DNA from: Myxococcales bacterium
Lineage (GTDB): Bacteria; Myxococcota_A; Polyangia; Polyangiales; Polyangiaceae
Length of the DNA: 11,521 nt
NCBI GenBank assembly: GCA_043747615.1
Contig: JAYTOU010000009.1
Location: 1 to 11,521, forward strand
Direction: 5' to 3'
Below the pieces are notes generated by a model, which was given only the letters and a program-made list of their open reading frames with translations, did not search any database and had not been told where the DNA came from. A program made the translations under genes and the position numbers. This document shows positions 1 through 7,962 of this stretch, piece by piece (position 1 is the stretch's first letter; each line of letters begins with the position of its first letter).

Positions 1-2
1 AA

Positions 3-158
3 GAAGCATCGCCCGACCATCCCGAGGCGAAACTCGCGATGAAATGGATCGGCGAGCTTTACGACATTGACGAGCGTGCCGAGGGCGATCTCGCGCGGAA
101 GGCCCAGCTACGTAGATGTAGGCGGAGATCTGCGTATCAGCCATCTACGAAAACGTAG
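3..158 (+). pseudogene. tnpC: IS66-family transposase (TnpC) internal fragment, truncated
   Basis: My translation of frame 3 gives EASPDHPEAKLAMKWIGELYDIDERAEGDLARKAQLRR, matching the IS66 TnpC 'A..wIg.LY.IE......R...R' segment. Similarity stops near 116 and TAG follows at 156-158. Not in the ORF track because it enters from the window edge. Confidence 0.75.
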
Positions 159-204
159 AGAAATCTAGCGCGCAGGCAAGGTCTTCCCTGGCTGCGGGCG
201 GAGA

Positions 205-278
205 TCGCATAAGGAGGATTCCGTCTCCCAAATGAGAGCCGCTTGCCATCGCGAGGAGCCTTGGTTTTCCTACGTCCC
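205..278 (+). repeat. 113-bp repeat copy 1 (inner ~40 bp missing)
   Basis: TCGCATAAGGAGGATTCCGTCTCCCAAATGAGAGCCGCTTGCCATCGCGAGGAGCCTTGGTTTTCCTACGTCCC, near-identical to the right two-thirds of 9694-9806. Confidence 0.97.
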
Positions 279-1154
279 TGCGGACGCGGCCTTCGGTTTC
301 ACGAGCTCCTCGGTGAGCTTCCACAGTCGCTCGCGTACCACGGGATCGTTCGACTCCCGGTTGGAGCGAGTCACCTTGCACTTGGCGAAATACTTTCCGG
401 AGACCTTCGCGACGTCGGGTGACGAGGCGAGATAGATCGACGTCGCGGCGCCTTTCTCGGGTTTGATCAAGAAGGGCGCGCCGATCTTCACGAGGAAGCC
501 GAGGACGCCGCTGTTGTTGTGGCCGAAGCCGGTGGCCACGACTCCGGGATGCAGAGAATTCGCCGTGACGCCGGTGCCCTCAAGGCGCTTTGCGAGCTCG
601 TACGTGTAGAGAATGTTGGCGAGCTTGGACTGCATATACGCGACGATGCCGCGGTAGTCTCGCTCGCCCTGGAGATCGTAGAAGTCGATGGTGCTGCGTT
701 TGTGGGCATCGGAGGCGACGTTCACGATGCGTGACGGTGCGCTCGTCTTCAGCAAATCGAGGAGGAGATCCGTCAGCAGAAAGTAGGCGAGGTGATTGGT
801 GGCGAACGTCTTCTCGTAGCCGTCGACCGTGACCTCGCGGGTCATGTTGATGGCGCCGGCATTATTGACGAGCACATCCAGCCGCGTGTGCTTGGACTTG
901 AACTCTGCCGCCAGCTGGCGAACCGATTCGAGCGATGAGAGATCGGCGATGAGGAGCTCCACGGCGTCGTTCGCGGCGCCGCTCTCTTTGCGAATGTCTT
1001 CCGCTGCCGCTTCTCCGCGCACGCGATCGCGCGCGACGATGACGACCTTCGCGCCCATTTTTGCCAGCCCCAACGCCGTAGACTTTCCGATGCCTTGGGT
1101 CGTGCCCGTGACGAGGCAAACTTTCTCCGCCATGTTCGTCGTCGAAATGCTCAT
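270..1154 (-). CDS. Short-chain dehydrogenase/reductase, retinol-dehydrogenase/WWOX-like (~294 aa)
   Basis: TGTTQGIG, NNAG, YMQSK (YxxxK) and LHPGVVAT motifs. Start is ATG 1154 (or 1133), not 1790. The last two codons and stop (GGG ACG TAG) come from repeat copy 1. Confidence 0.93.
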   Translation of the reverse strand: MSISTTNMAEKVCLVTGTTQGIGKSTALGLAKMGAKVVIVARDRVRGEAAAEDIRKESGAANDAVELLIADLSSLESVRQLAAEFKSKHTRLDVLVNNAGAINMTREVTVDGYEKTFATNHLAYFLLTDLLLDLLKTSAPSRIVNVASDAHKRSTIDFYDLQGERDYRGIVAYMQSKLANILYTYELAKRLEGTGVTANSLHPGVVATGFGHNNSGVLGFLVKIGAPFLIKPEKGAATSIYLASSPDVAKVSGKYFAKCKVTRSNRESNDPVVRERLWKLTEELVKPKAASAGT

Positions 1155-1225
1155 GGTGCGGAGGGTTAAGGCGCGCCCATCGCGTAGTCCAGAGCACGCC
1201 CTCGAATTTGGGCTAGAGTGCAGCG

Positions 1226-1853
1226 TTGGAGCGGAGAATTCTTCTGGCGCCGGTGATGGCGGTGACGGCGATCGCGCTGGCGGCCTGCGGTCTCGAGAGC
1301 TACGGCCATCCCCGATGGCGACGCGTCTTTCGTCGACCATTTCATCGACGACGGCGCGGCAAGTGAGGCCTCCACTGCCGACGACGCGAGCATGAGCTCC
1401 GATGCCACCGGAAGCATGGACGGCGGCACGGGAGACGGCGCGAGCACCGGAGATAGCGCGAGCGGTACTTGCGGAACGGGCTTCGCGTGCGGAGCGCGCG
1501 GCTGCATGGCGACCTGCCAGGGCTGCCCCGGCTTCCCGCTCTCGTGCGCATCGAAAGGGACGTGCGAGTCGAGCTGCACCGCCTGCCCGTCGCACGACAT
1601 CGCGTGCTACCTCTGCGACTCCGGTCTCCCCGTCGGCCGCTGCGACACGCACTCCACGAGCGAATGCCTGGGCGGAAATTACCAACACTGCAGCTGCGCC
1701 ATCCTCCCCTGCCTGAACCTCACCCAGGTCTGCACGAACGTCCCCGGCCTGGGCATCCACAACGAATGCCGGACGTGCGGCGAGGACCACACGAACGGCG
1801 GCGGGTGCGGCATCCTCCAGCAGTGCAACGCATCGGCGACGACTTGCAACTAG
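1226..1853 (+). CDS. Cys-rich lipoprotein with D/G/S-rich linker; +1 frameshift near 1307-1313
   Basis: TTG 1226 gives MERRILLAPVMAVTAIALAAC (signal plus lipobox). Removing one base near CCCC 1310-1313 joins it to the frame of ORF 1392-1853, which has DGG-type spacers and then 22 Cys. Confidence 0.7.
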
Positions 1854-1879
1854 TCCTGCGACTAGCAGAGTGAAGCATC

Positions 1880-2563
1880 ATGTGCGGACGAGCCACGCTT
1901 GCTCAACCCAATGCTGAAATCGCCTGCATTTTCAGCCTGAACGAGGTGCCCGAGCTCGAGCTCCGGTACAACATCGCTCCCACGCAGCCCATCCCCGTGG
2001 TCCGAAAAGATCAGGCAGGACGACGCCTCGATCTCGTGACGTGGGGCCTCATCCCGGCATCGAGCACCGAGCCGCACGCCGGCGCAAAGCTCATCAACGC
2101 GCGGGTCGAAACCGTGGCCACGAAGCGTCCGTTCGCGGAGGCCTTCCGCCGTCGCCGGTGCCTCGTGGTGGTCGACGGATTTTACGAGTGGCAGCGTCAG
2201 GGAAAATCGAAGCAGGCTCACCACATTCATTTGCCGGGCGGAAAAGCGTTCGGACTCGCCGGCCTGTGGGATCGGTGGACGTCGAAGAGCGGAGAGGTGA
2301 TCGAGAGCTGTACGATCATCACCCGCGAGTCCGTTGGCGGCGTCCGCGAGCTTCATGATCGCATGCCGGTAATCCTCGACGAGGTAGATCACGACGCCTG
2401 GCTCGATCCCGCGCTCGTGTCGCCGGCGGCCCTCGACGCGCTCCTCAAGAAACCACCGCCCATGCTCATCGTTCAACCGGTGAGCAGCTTCGTGAACAGC
2501 GCCGTAAACGAAGGCCCCGCGTGCCTTCTGCCGGACGGTGGAACGAATCTGTTCCTGTTTTAG
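1880..2563 (+). CDS. yedK: SOS response-associated peptidase (SRAP / YedK / HMCES family), abasic-site crosslinking protein
   Basis: N-terminal MCGR, then YNIAPTQ, WGLIP, INARVET, DGFYEW and HDRMPVIL motifs. Confidence 0.95.
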   Translation: MCGRATLAQPNAEIACIFSLNEVPELELRYNIAPTQPIPVVRKDQAGRRLDLVTWGLIPASSTEPHAGAKLINARVETVATKRPFAEAFRRRRCLVVVDGFYEWQRQGKSKQAHHIHLPGGKAFGLAGLWDRWTSKSGEVIESCTIITRESVGGVRELHDRMPVILDEVDHDAWLDPALVSPAALDALLKKPPPMLIVQPVSSFVNSAVNEGPACLLPDGGTNLFLF

Positions 2564-2566
2564 GCC

Positions 2567-2797
2567 TTAAAACTCGAAGGCTAGGCCGGTTGACCACGTG
2601 TTCGTGCCGACGTGTAGCGCGCTCGATTGGCCGAGACCGTTCAGCGCTGCGACCATCCATTCGGCAAAGAGATACGTGTTGTTGATGCCCATGGCCTGAT
2701 CGAGCTGCCTCGACGAGCGCCGATCGAAGGCGTTCAAGTTGAGCCCGATGCCGAGCGCGAAATTCGTTCCGACGGTGTGGCCTTTGCCAGCGATATT
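2567..2797 (-). pseudogene. C-terminal fragment of an outer-membrane beta-barrel protein (MXAN_2562-family-like)
   Basis: My translation: IAGKGHTVGTNFALGIGLNLNAFDRRSSRQLDQAMGINNTYLFAEWMVAALNGLGQSSALHVGTNTWSTGLAFEF*. It shows alternating beta strands and a terminal Phe. An in-frame TGA sits at 2798-2800 and there is no N-terminus. Family call is from recall of the motif. Confidence 0.7.
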
Positions 2798-2854
2798 TCA
2801 CTTCCCCGAGGCAGCAGTACTCCCCCGACGGCAATGGCTCAAACCCCGAGGTAG

Positions 2855-2966
2855 CCTCAGTTAGTCGACTTAGTCGATTTCGACGATCAACTTCGCATAA
2901 GCGGGATTCCGTCTCCCAAATCAGGGCCGCTTGCCATCGCGAAAAGCCTTGGTTTTCCTACGTCCC
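2855..2966 (+). repeat. 113-bp repeat copy 2
   Basis: CCTCAGTTAGTCGACTTAGTCGATTTCGACGATCAACTTCGCATAAGCGGGATTCC...GGTTTTCCTACGTCCC. Confidence 0.97.
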
Positions 2967-3717
2967 CACAACGATTTCTTCGAGGAGATCGCCAAATTCC
3001 GCGCTGCCCGGCGGATCTGGGCGCGTCTGATGAAGGATCGCTTCGGGGCGAAGAACGCCGACTCCATGAAGCTCCGCACCCATGCCCAGACGGCGGGCGT
3101 GTCGCTCACCGCGCAGCAGCCCTACAACAACATCGTGCGCGTGGCTCTCCAGGCGCTCGCCGCGGTGCTCGACGGGACGCAGTCGCTGCACACCAACTCG
3201 ATGGACGAGACGTACGCGCTCCCCACCGAAGACGCGGTGACCATCGCCCTTCGTACGCAGCAGATCATCGCCGAAGAGAGCGGCGTGGCCAGCACCATCG
3301 ATCCCCTCGGAGGCAGTTATTTCGTAGAGGATCTCACGAACCGGATGGAGGCCGAAGCCATGACCTACATCAAGCGGATCGACGACATGGGGGGCATGGT
3401 TTCGGCCATCGAGAAGGGCTACCCGCAGCGCGAGATTGCGGCGAGCGCCTACCGCTTTCAGCGCGAGCTCGAGGCCAACGAAAAAATCATGGTGGGAGTG
3501 AACGCCTACGTCACGGAGAAGGATGCCGCCATACCGCTCCTCAAGATCGACGAGGCGGGCAAAAGTTTCAGATCGACAAATTGAAGACCCTGAAAGCCTC
3601 CCGCGATGCCGCGAGGGTGAAGATCTGCCTCGATGCCGTGCGCGCAGCCGCGAGCTCGAAGCAGAACTTGATGGCTCCGATCATCGAGGCGGCGAAGGCA
3701 TATGCGACGCAGCAGGA
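2967..3717 (+). pseudogene. Methylmalonyl-CoA mutase family, substrate-binding (large) subunit; internal fragment cut at both ends
   Basis: [62 protein letters not shown] and VGVN motifs. Begins immediately after repeat 2 and ends at KAYATQQE against repeat 3. Frameshift near 3557-3560. AVLDGTQS replaces the usual AVLGGTQS. Confidence 0.93.
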
Positions 3718-3831
3718 GGACGTAGGAAAACCAAGGCTCCTCGCGATGGCAAGCGGCTCTCATTTGGGAGACGGAATCCCGTTTTATGCGAAGTTGATCG
3801 TCGAAATCGAGCAAGCCGACCAATTTGGAGG
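3718..3831 (-). repeat. 113-bp repeat copy 3 (inverted)
   Basis: GGACGTAGGAAAACCAAGGCTCCTCGCGATGGC...GAAATCGAGCAAGCCGACCAATTTGGAGG is the reverse complement of the consensus. Confidence 0.97.
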
Positions 3832-3860
3832 TTGAACAGGAAGACAGGAAGGCCACCTCC

Positions 3861-3892
3861 GTCGGCTCGGTCGAATTCGACGATCAACGTCG
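3861..3892 (+). repeat. Isolated inner box of the 113-bp repeat
   Basis: GTCGGCTCGGTCGAATTCGACGATCAACGTCG versus consensus GTCGGCTTGGTCGATTTCGACGATCAACTTCG (3 mismatches in 32). Confidence 0.85.
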
Positions 3893-3897
3893 TACAT

Positions 3898-5406
3898 CTA
3901 GACGCGATCCCCCGTGAGATCCTCGTAGAGGCGGATCCCCGCGGCGATCGCACCCGCCACGCTCGGGAAGCCCGCGGTCGCGTTCGCGAGCCACAAGTTC
4001 TCGAGGCTCGATCGAAACGGCCTCCGGTGCGGGCCGACATTTTCCGGCGTGAGCGCGGAGCCGTAGGAGTTGCCCTCCGGCGCACGGACGAAGCGCGCGT
4101 TCGTGGCGGGCGTTCCGGTGACCCGCATCACGAGGTGTTTTCGGATGCCGGGCACGTACCCCGCATCGAGGACGTCGAGGATGCGCTCGCGGATCTTCTT
4201 CTTCTCGAGGTTGTACGCACGCCGATCGCGCGTCCGGAGCGCAGCGAAGCGGCTGTAGTCGCACGCCGTCGCCACTTCGAGGATTTGATCGCCCGCAGGA
4301 CACAGCCCAGGCGCGTTCGAGTGGAGCGTCGGCGTGGACAGAAAGAGCCACGGGTTCGACAAATCATGGCGGACGAGCTGATCGTCGTAAATGCGATTGA
4401 GGTCTTCGTGCGGGTAGTGCCAGACGTTGAACGAGCCGAAGCCGTGCTCCCGCAGATCGATGCCGCGAAGCCCGAGGTACATCGTGAAGGTCCCGCACGA
4501 ATAGCCGTAGTCGCCGCGGTCGCCGTGGAGGCGCTCAAGCCCGGCGAGGCGGGCTGTGAGCCGGGGATCCGCATTCGAGACGTAGCGGCGTGCCGTCCAG
4601 CGTTTGCCGTTCGTGGTCGTGACTCCGGTGATGCGCTTGCCGTCGGTCTCGATCCGATCGACCTCGTGCTCAAGCAAGACGACGGAGCCCGGTCTGCTGC
4701 GCACGGCCTCGACGAGACTCTCGACGAAGTGGCCGTAGTGCTTTTCGGGATAGTAGGCGCCGCGGTCGTAGAGCGTGACGAGGGCCACGTGCACGAGAAG
4801 AGAGACGTCGCGCGGCGGCAGGAGGTAGTCGCCGCATTGCCCGGCGAGGATGGCGCGCAGTCGGAGCGGCATCCGCAGATCATCGAAGAGATCCTGGAGC
4901 GTCCAGCGCTGGTAGCGGAGCACATGGCGAGCGCGGATCGCCGCCTTTACGGCCCCGAGCGAGAGACCTTCGGGGATCGCGAGCCCATCGAGCTGACCAC
5001 CGAGGAGGGCGATGATTTCGAAGTAGCGCCGGAGGGGACCCGTCGCTTCGGGAAAGCGCCGCACGAGCCGCCCGAGGAACTTCGTGAGACCGTTCGGGAT
5101 CCGCGTGCGGTCGCCGGAGACCACCACGTGATCGAAGCCCTCGGGATCGAGCCGCACGAAGGAGACGTTGTCCGCGATGCCGAGCTTGGAGAGGAGGTTG
5201 TGGACGCTCTCGCCCTCTCCGCAGTTGAAGATGTAATGGACCTGCGCGCAGAAGGTGTACGCGTTCATCCGAAAGCTGTGCGCATAGCCGCCTGGCGTGT
5301 CGTGCGCCTCCAGCACGGCGACGCGATGCCCCCCGTTCGCGAGGAGCCCGGCGACGGCGAGGCCCGCCATGCCCGACCCGATGATCACGTAATCGAAGTC
5401 GCTCAA
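3898..5406 (-). CDS. Phytoene desaturase/retinol saturase-family FAD-dependent oxidoreductase
   Basis: DYVIIGSGMAGL (GxGxxG), VLEAHDTPGGYAHSF, VSNADP and GTPATN...GNSYG; 502 aa; TTG start uncertain. Confidence 0.9.
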   Translation of the reverse strand: MSDFDYVIIGSGMAGLAVAGLLANGGHRVAVLEAHDTPGGYAHSFRMNAYTFCAQVHYIFNCGEGESVHNLLSKLGIADNVSFVRLDPEGFDHVVVSGDRTRIPNGLTKFLGRLVRRFPEATGPLRRYFEIIALLGGQLDGLAIPEGLSLGAVKAAIRARHVLRYQRWTLQDLFDDLRMPLRLRAILAGQCGDYLLPPRDVSLLVHVALVTLYDRGAYYPEKHYGHFVESLVEAVRSRPGSVVLLEHEVDRIETDGKRITGVTTTNGKRWTARRYVSNADPRLTARLAGLERLHGDRGDYGYSCGTFTMYLGLRGIDLREHGFGSFNVWHYPHEDLNRIYDDQLVRHDLSNPWLFLSTPTLHSNAPGLCPAGDQILEVATACDYSRFAALRTRDRRAYNLEKKKIRERILDVLDAGYVPGIRKHLVMRVTGTPATNARFVRAPEGNSYGSALTPENVGPHRRPFRSSLENLWLANATAGFPSVAGAIAAGIRLYEDLTGDRV

Positions 5407-5639
5407 ACGGCGGGCTGGATCGCGATGCGCCGTTCGGCCATTCCTCAGTGTGCCGGGAAAGAGCTAAAGAGAGAAGGTCACTTTCGCCGGGACTCCGCGT
5501 GAGGACAGCCCTACTTGCAGAAGCCGGCCTGACAAGGCGAGCCTTAGGCAATTCACAGACTCCTTCGCATTCTACGAGCTTCCAAATCGACTCAACCTTA
5601 TCTGGCTAATGTCCGATGTTGATATCGCCGAACTTCTAA

Positions 5640-5747
5640 CGGGAGCGGAAGACCGTGCGCTGCTGGGGACATAACTTCGAGGGCGAGCTCGGAGCTGGAC
5701 GCCTCAGTCGGGTACTCGTTCCTGAAGAGGTGGTCAGTGCGAAGTGA
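5640..5747 (+). pseudogene. C-terminal RCC1-repeat fragment
   Basis: My translation KTVRCWGHNFEGELGAGRLSRVLVPEEVVSAK* fits the RCC1 repeat 'V.CWG.N..GqLG.G.....P..V'. Preceded by in-frame TAA at 5637. Confidence 0.65.
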
Positions 5748-5757
5748 AGGCGACCAA

Positions 5758-6541
5758 ATGAAGGGGCGGTTCGAAATCACGACCAAGGTGGTACGCGACC
5801 CTTGGCGCCGTCCGCTCGTCACGCTCGTCGGCCGCTTGTCGGCAGCCGCCGCGATGATCGTGGGTTGGTCGCTGGCGCTGAAGCTTGGACTCGAAGGCCC
5901 GTGGCTCGTCTTCGCCCCACTCGCCCCGCTGGTGGTCGGCGCGCTGGCCGTCGGATGGCTTCTGGAAGAATTTTGGACCGTGAGCCTCACGGTGGGCGCC
6001 GACGGGATCTTCGTCGCCCAGAGACTGCTCTCGAAGGAATTCTTTTCCTACGCGGAGATCGAAAGAATCGATCACGACGCCAGTAGCGTCACCTTGCACA
6101 TGCAAAAAAAACCTGCCCCCGCTCCTCCTATCCATTCGCTCGACAAAGGGCCACGACGCCGTCAAGGAGCTCGTTCGACGCCTCGAGGAAGGACGAGCAT
6201 TGTTCGTTCAATCTCGTCCGCTCGATCTGGAAGTTCTCGCGCGCGGGGTGCGTTCGGCAGCTCAATGGCTTGACGACATGCGAAACCTGACGAGCCGCGA
6301 CGGGTACCGCGAAGCCGCCGTCACGTCCGAACACCTCTGGCCTGTCGTAGAGAACGCGGCGCTCGGCTCACCCGCGCGTGCGGCAGCCGCGGTGGCTCTT
6401 CGCGCTCATCTCGATGAAGAAGGGAAGACGCGCCTCCGCGTCGCCGCCGAGGCTTGCGCGTCGCCCAACGTGCGAGTCGCGTTAGAGGCAGTTCTCGGCG
6501 AGGACGACAACGAGCTCACGCGCGCTCTCGAGGCTTTGTAG
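5758..6541 (+). CDS. Hypothetical membrane protein (2 TM, possible PH-like segment, helical C-terminus); frameshift in A8 at 6104-6111
   Basis: ORFs 5737-6273 and 6200-6541 fuse if A8 is A7 (HMQKNLPPLLLSIRSTKGHDAVKELVRRLEEG...). ATG 5758 has GAAGG upstream. Confidence 0.7.
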
Positions 6542-6665
6542 GATGCTGCAGACGACACGTGGTTTCGGCAGGACAGAGCCTAGTTTGTTTGGACGTGCCG
6601 CTCTCGTCCGCAGTCTCCTTCTAAAAAGGGCAGTGACCGAACTGCGGAAAGCTACTCTTCGGGCG

Positions 6666-6899
6666 ATGCTCGCGCGAACGACTCGTAAATCGCTCTTGGC
6701 GGCTCTCGTCCTCGTGCTCGCGGCATGCCGGGCGACACCGGGCTCGGGAGAGGCGACCGCACAGGATGCAGGGCGAGCGCTGGTCGCTCTCACGGGGCCG
6801 ATCACTTTGGCATACGCCAGCGAGATCAGTGACCTCTGCTATTTGTTTCCGATCGGCCCGCTCACGGAGAAGGTGAGCCCTCAGACCGATGGGACGTAG
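6666..6899 (+). pseudogene. Lipoprotein N-terminus, probably truncated by repeat copy 4
   Basis: MLARTTRKSLLAALVLVLAAC signal and lipobox. Runs into the repeat at 6891, which supplies GT-stop. Confidence 0.6.
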
Positions 6900-7003
6900 G
6901 AAAACCAAGGCTCCTCGCGATGGCAAGCGGCTCTGATTTGGGAGACGGAATCCCGCTTATGCGAAGTTGATCGTCGAAATCGAAGAAGCCGACCAATTTG
7001 AGG
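6891..7003 (-). repeat. 113-bp repeat copy 4 (inverted)
   Basis: GGGACGTAGGAAAACCAAGG...GAAGCCGACCAATTTGAGG. Confidence 0.97.
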
Positions 7004-7247
7004 GGCCTGATTACGGATCGCTGCACGTTGAATGTGGATGGGAGCCGAAGCAGTCGCATCCCGCCTGGTTAGGGTTGACCCCGCACATCGTGGGTTCGGG
7101 GTGTGAGCGCCGATCTCGAGTGTTCGTTGGCATCCGCACCGAAGCGTCGGCCGAGCCCGCCCCTCGCCCCGGCCGCCCAAAAAGACGAACTTAGACCGTG
7201 CCCCCGGTTGGCATGCACAAGACGTCACCCCGGGCCCACCGGTGCCC

Positions 7248-7404
7248 AAATGGCGCTCCGAAGGCACCAAGAAGGCGCTCGAAAGGCACTCCAGAAGCAC
7301 GCGAAAGGCACCCGAAAAGCGCCTAGTCGGAGGCGAAAGAGAGCCGATTGAGAGCCGATGGGGCGCCGACGGACGGTCGACAGGAAGCCGATGGAGTGCC
7401 CGAC
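7248..7404 (+). repeat. Two degenerate 11-bp tandem arrays
   Basis: 7 units of ~GAAAGGCRCYC (7248-7324), then ~6 units of ~GRGRGCCGAYG (7339-7404). Confidence 0.8.
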
Positions 7405-7406
7405 GA

Positions 7407-7518
7407 CTCAAATCAGTCAGCTTGGTCGACTTCGAGGATCAACTTCGTGCTTCGCGCGTCATGTCGCCTTTTCGGGAGGCTCTTGCTTTTCAAAACCTCG
7501 TTCGATTTCCTACGTCCC
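7407..7518 (+). repeat. Divergent variant of the 113-bp repeat (copy 5)
   Basis: First ~41 bp and last 13 bp match the consensus. The middle is diverged but aligns to copy 4 without gaps (112 bp each). Confidence 0.88.
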
Positions 7519-7789
7519 CGCTGGGCCGATCGGCGATGCGCGGCGCCATGATCGACGGGTCGAGGATTCCGCTGCGATCGATGACGTGCCGCCGCGCGAT
7601 TCCCGAGGCTTTGAAGATGAACTCCGCGCTCGAAGGCTCGAGCCGCACGCGCTCACCGCGGGCGATGGCGCCTTCGTTTTCTGCATTGAACATCGCCACG
7701 TAGGCGTTGAAGGAGGCGACGAGCTCGTCGTTCGAAATCACGCCCGGCGGCGCATAGAAGCCCGTTCCGGTGATGGCGGCGGTCGGCAT
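7519..7789 (-). pseudogene. Beta-ketoacyl-ACP synthase III (FabH-like, PA3286 type), N-terminal ~90 aa only
   Basis: MPTAAITGTGFYAPPGVISNDELVASFNAYV...SSAEFIFKASGIARRHVIDRSGILDP. Cut by repeat 5 before the catalytic Cys. Confidence 0.88.
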
Positions 7790-7962
7790 GGCCCAGCGAT
7801 TAAGCACGCGCACGCGAACAGCGCAACTCCGACGACGCGAGGAAATCACGCCGCACCGCATCATTGCGCACCGCGCATTTGGCTTCGCGCAGGCATCCGC
7901 ATGCCGATGGCCGGCGTCATGGCTCCGGCCCCTGCGACTTCGTAATGAATTACCATCGAACG

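Larger units (their letters stand above)
6891..7518. mobile_element. Putative non-autonomous (MITE-like) element, 628 bp
   Basis: Perfect 13-bp terminal IR GGGACGTAGGAAA...TTTCCTACGTCCC, imperfect IR extending to 112 bp, non-coding interior. No target-site duplication and no transposase. Confidence 0.6.

Noticed and set aside
1155..1790. N-terminal extension of the SDR in the ORF track
   Set aside because: Overlaps the opposite-strand lipoprotein; the SDR fold starts near 1154.
2627..2854. 75-aa ORF ending just before copy 2
   Set aside because: Antisense to the beta-barrel remnant; the adjacent TAG is probably coincidental.
3523..5502. 659-aa plus-strand ORF
   Set aside because: Antisense shadow of the oxidoreductase in GC-rich DNA; no recognisable motifs.
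6879..7530. 12-bp target duplication around the 628-bp unit (CCTCAGACCGAT vs CGCTGGGCCGAT)
   Set aside because: Only 7 of 12 match, and the two flanks belong to different genes.
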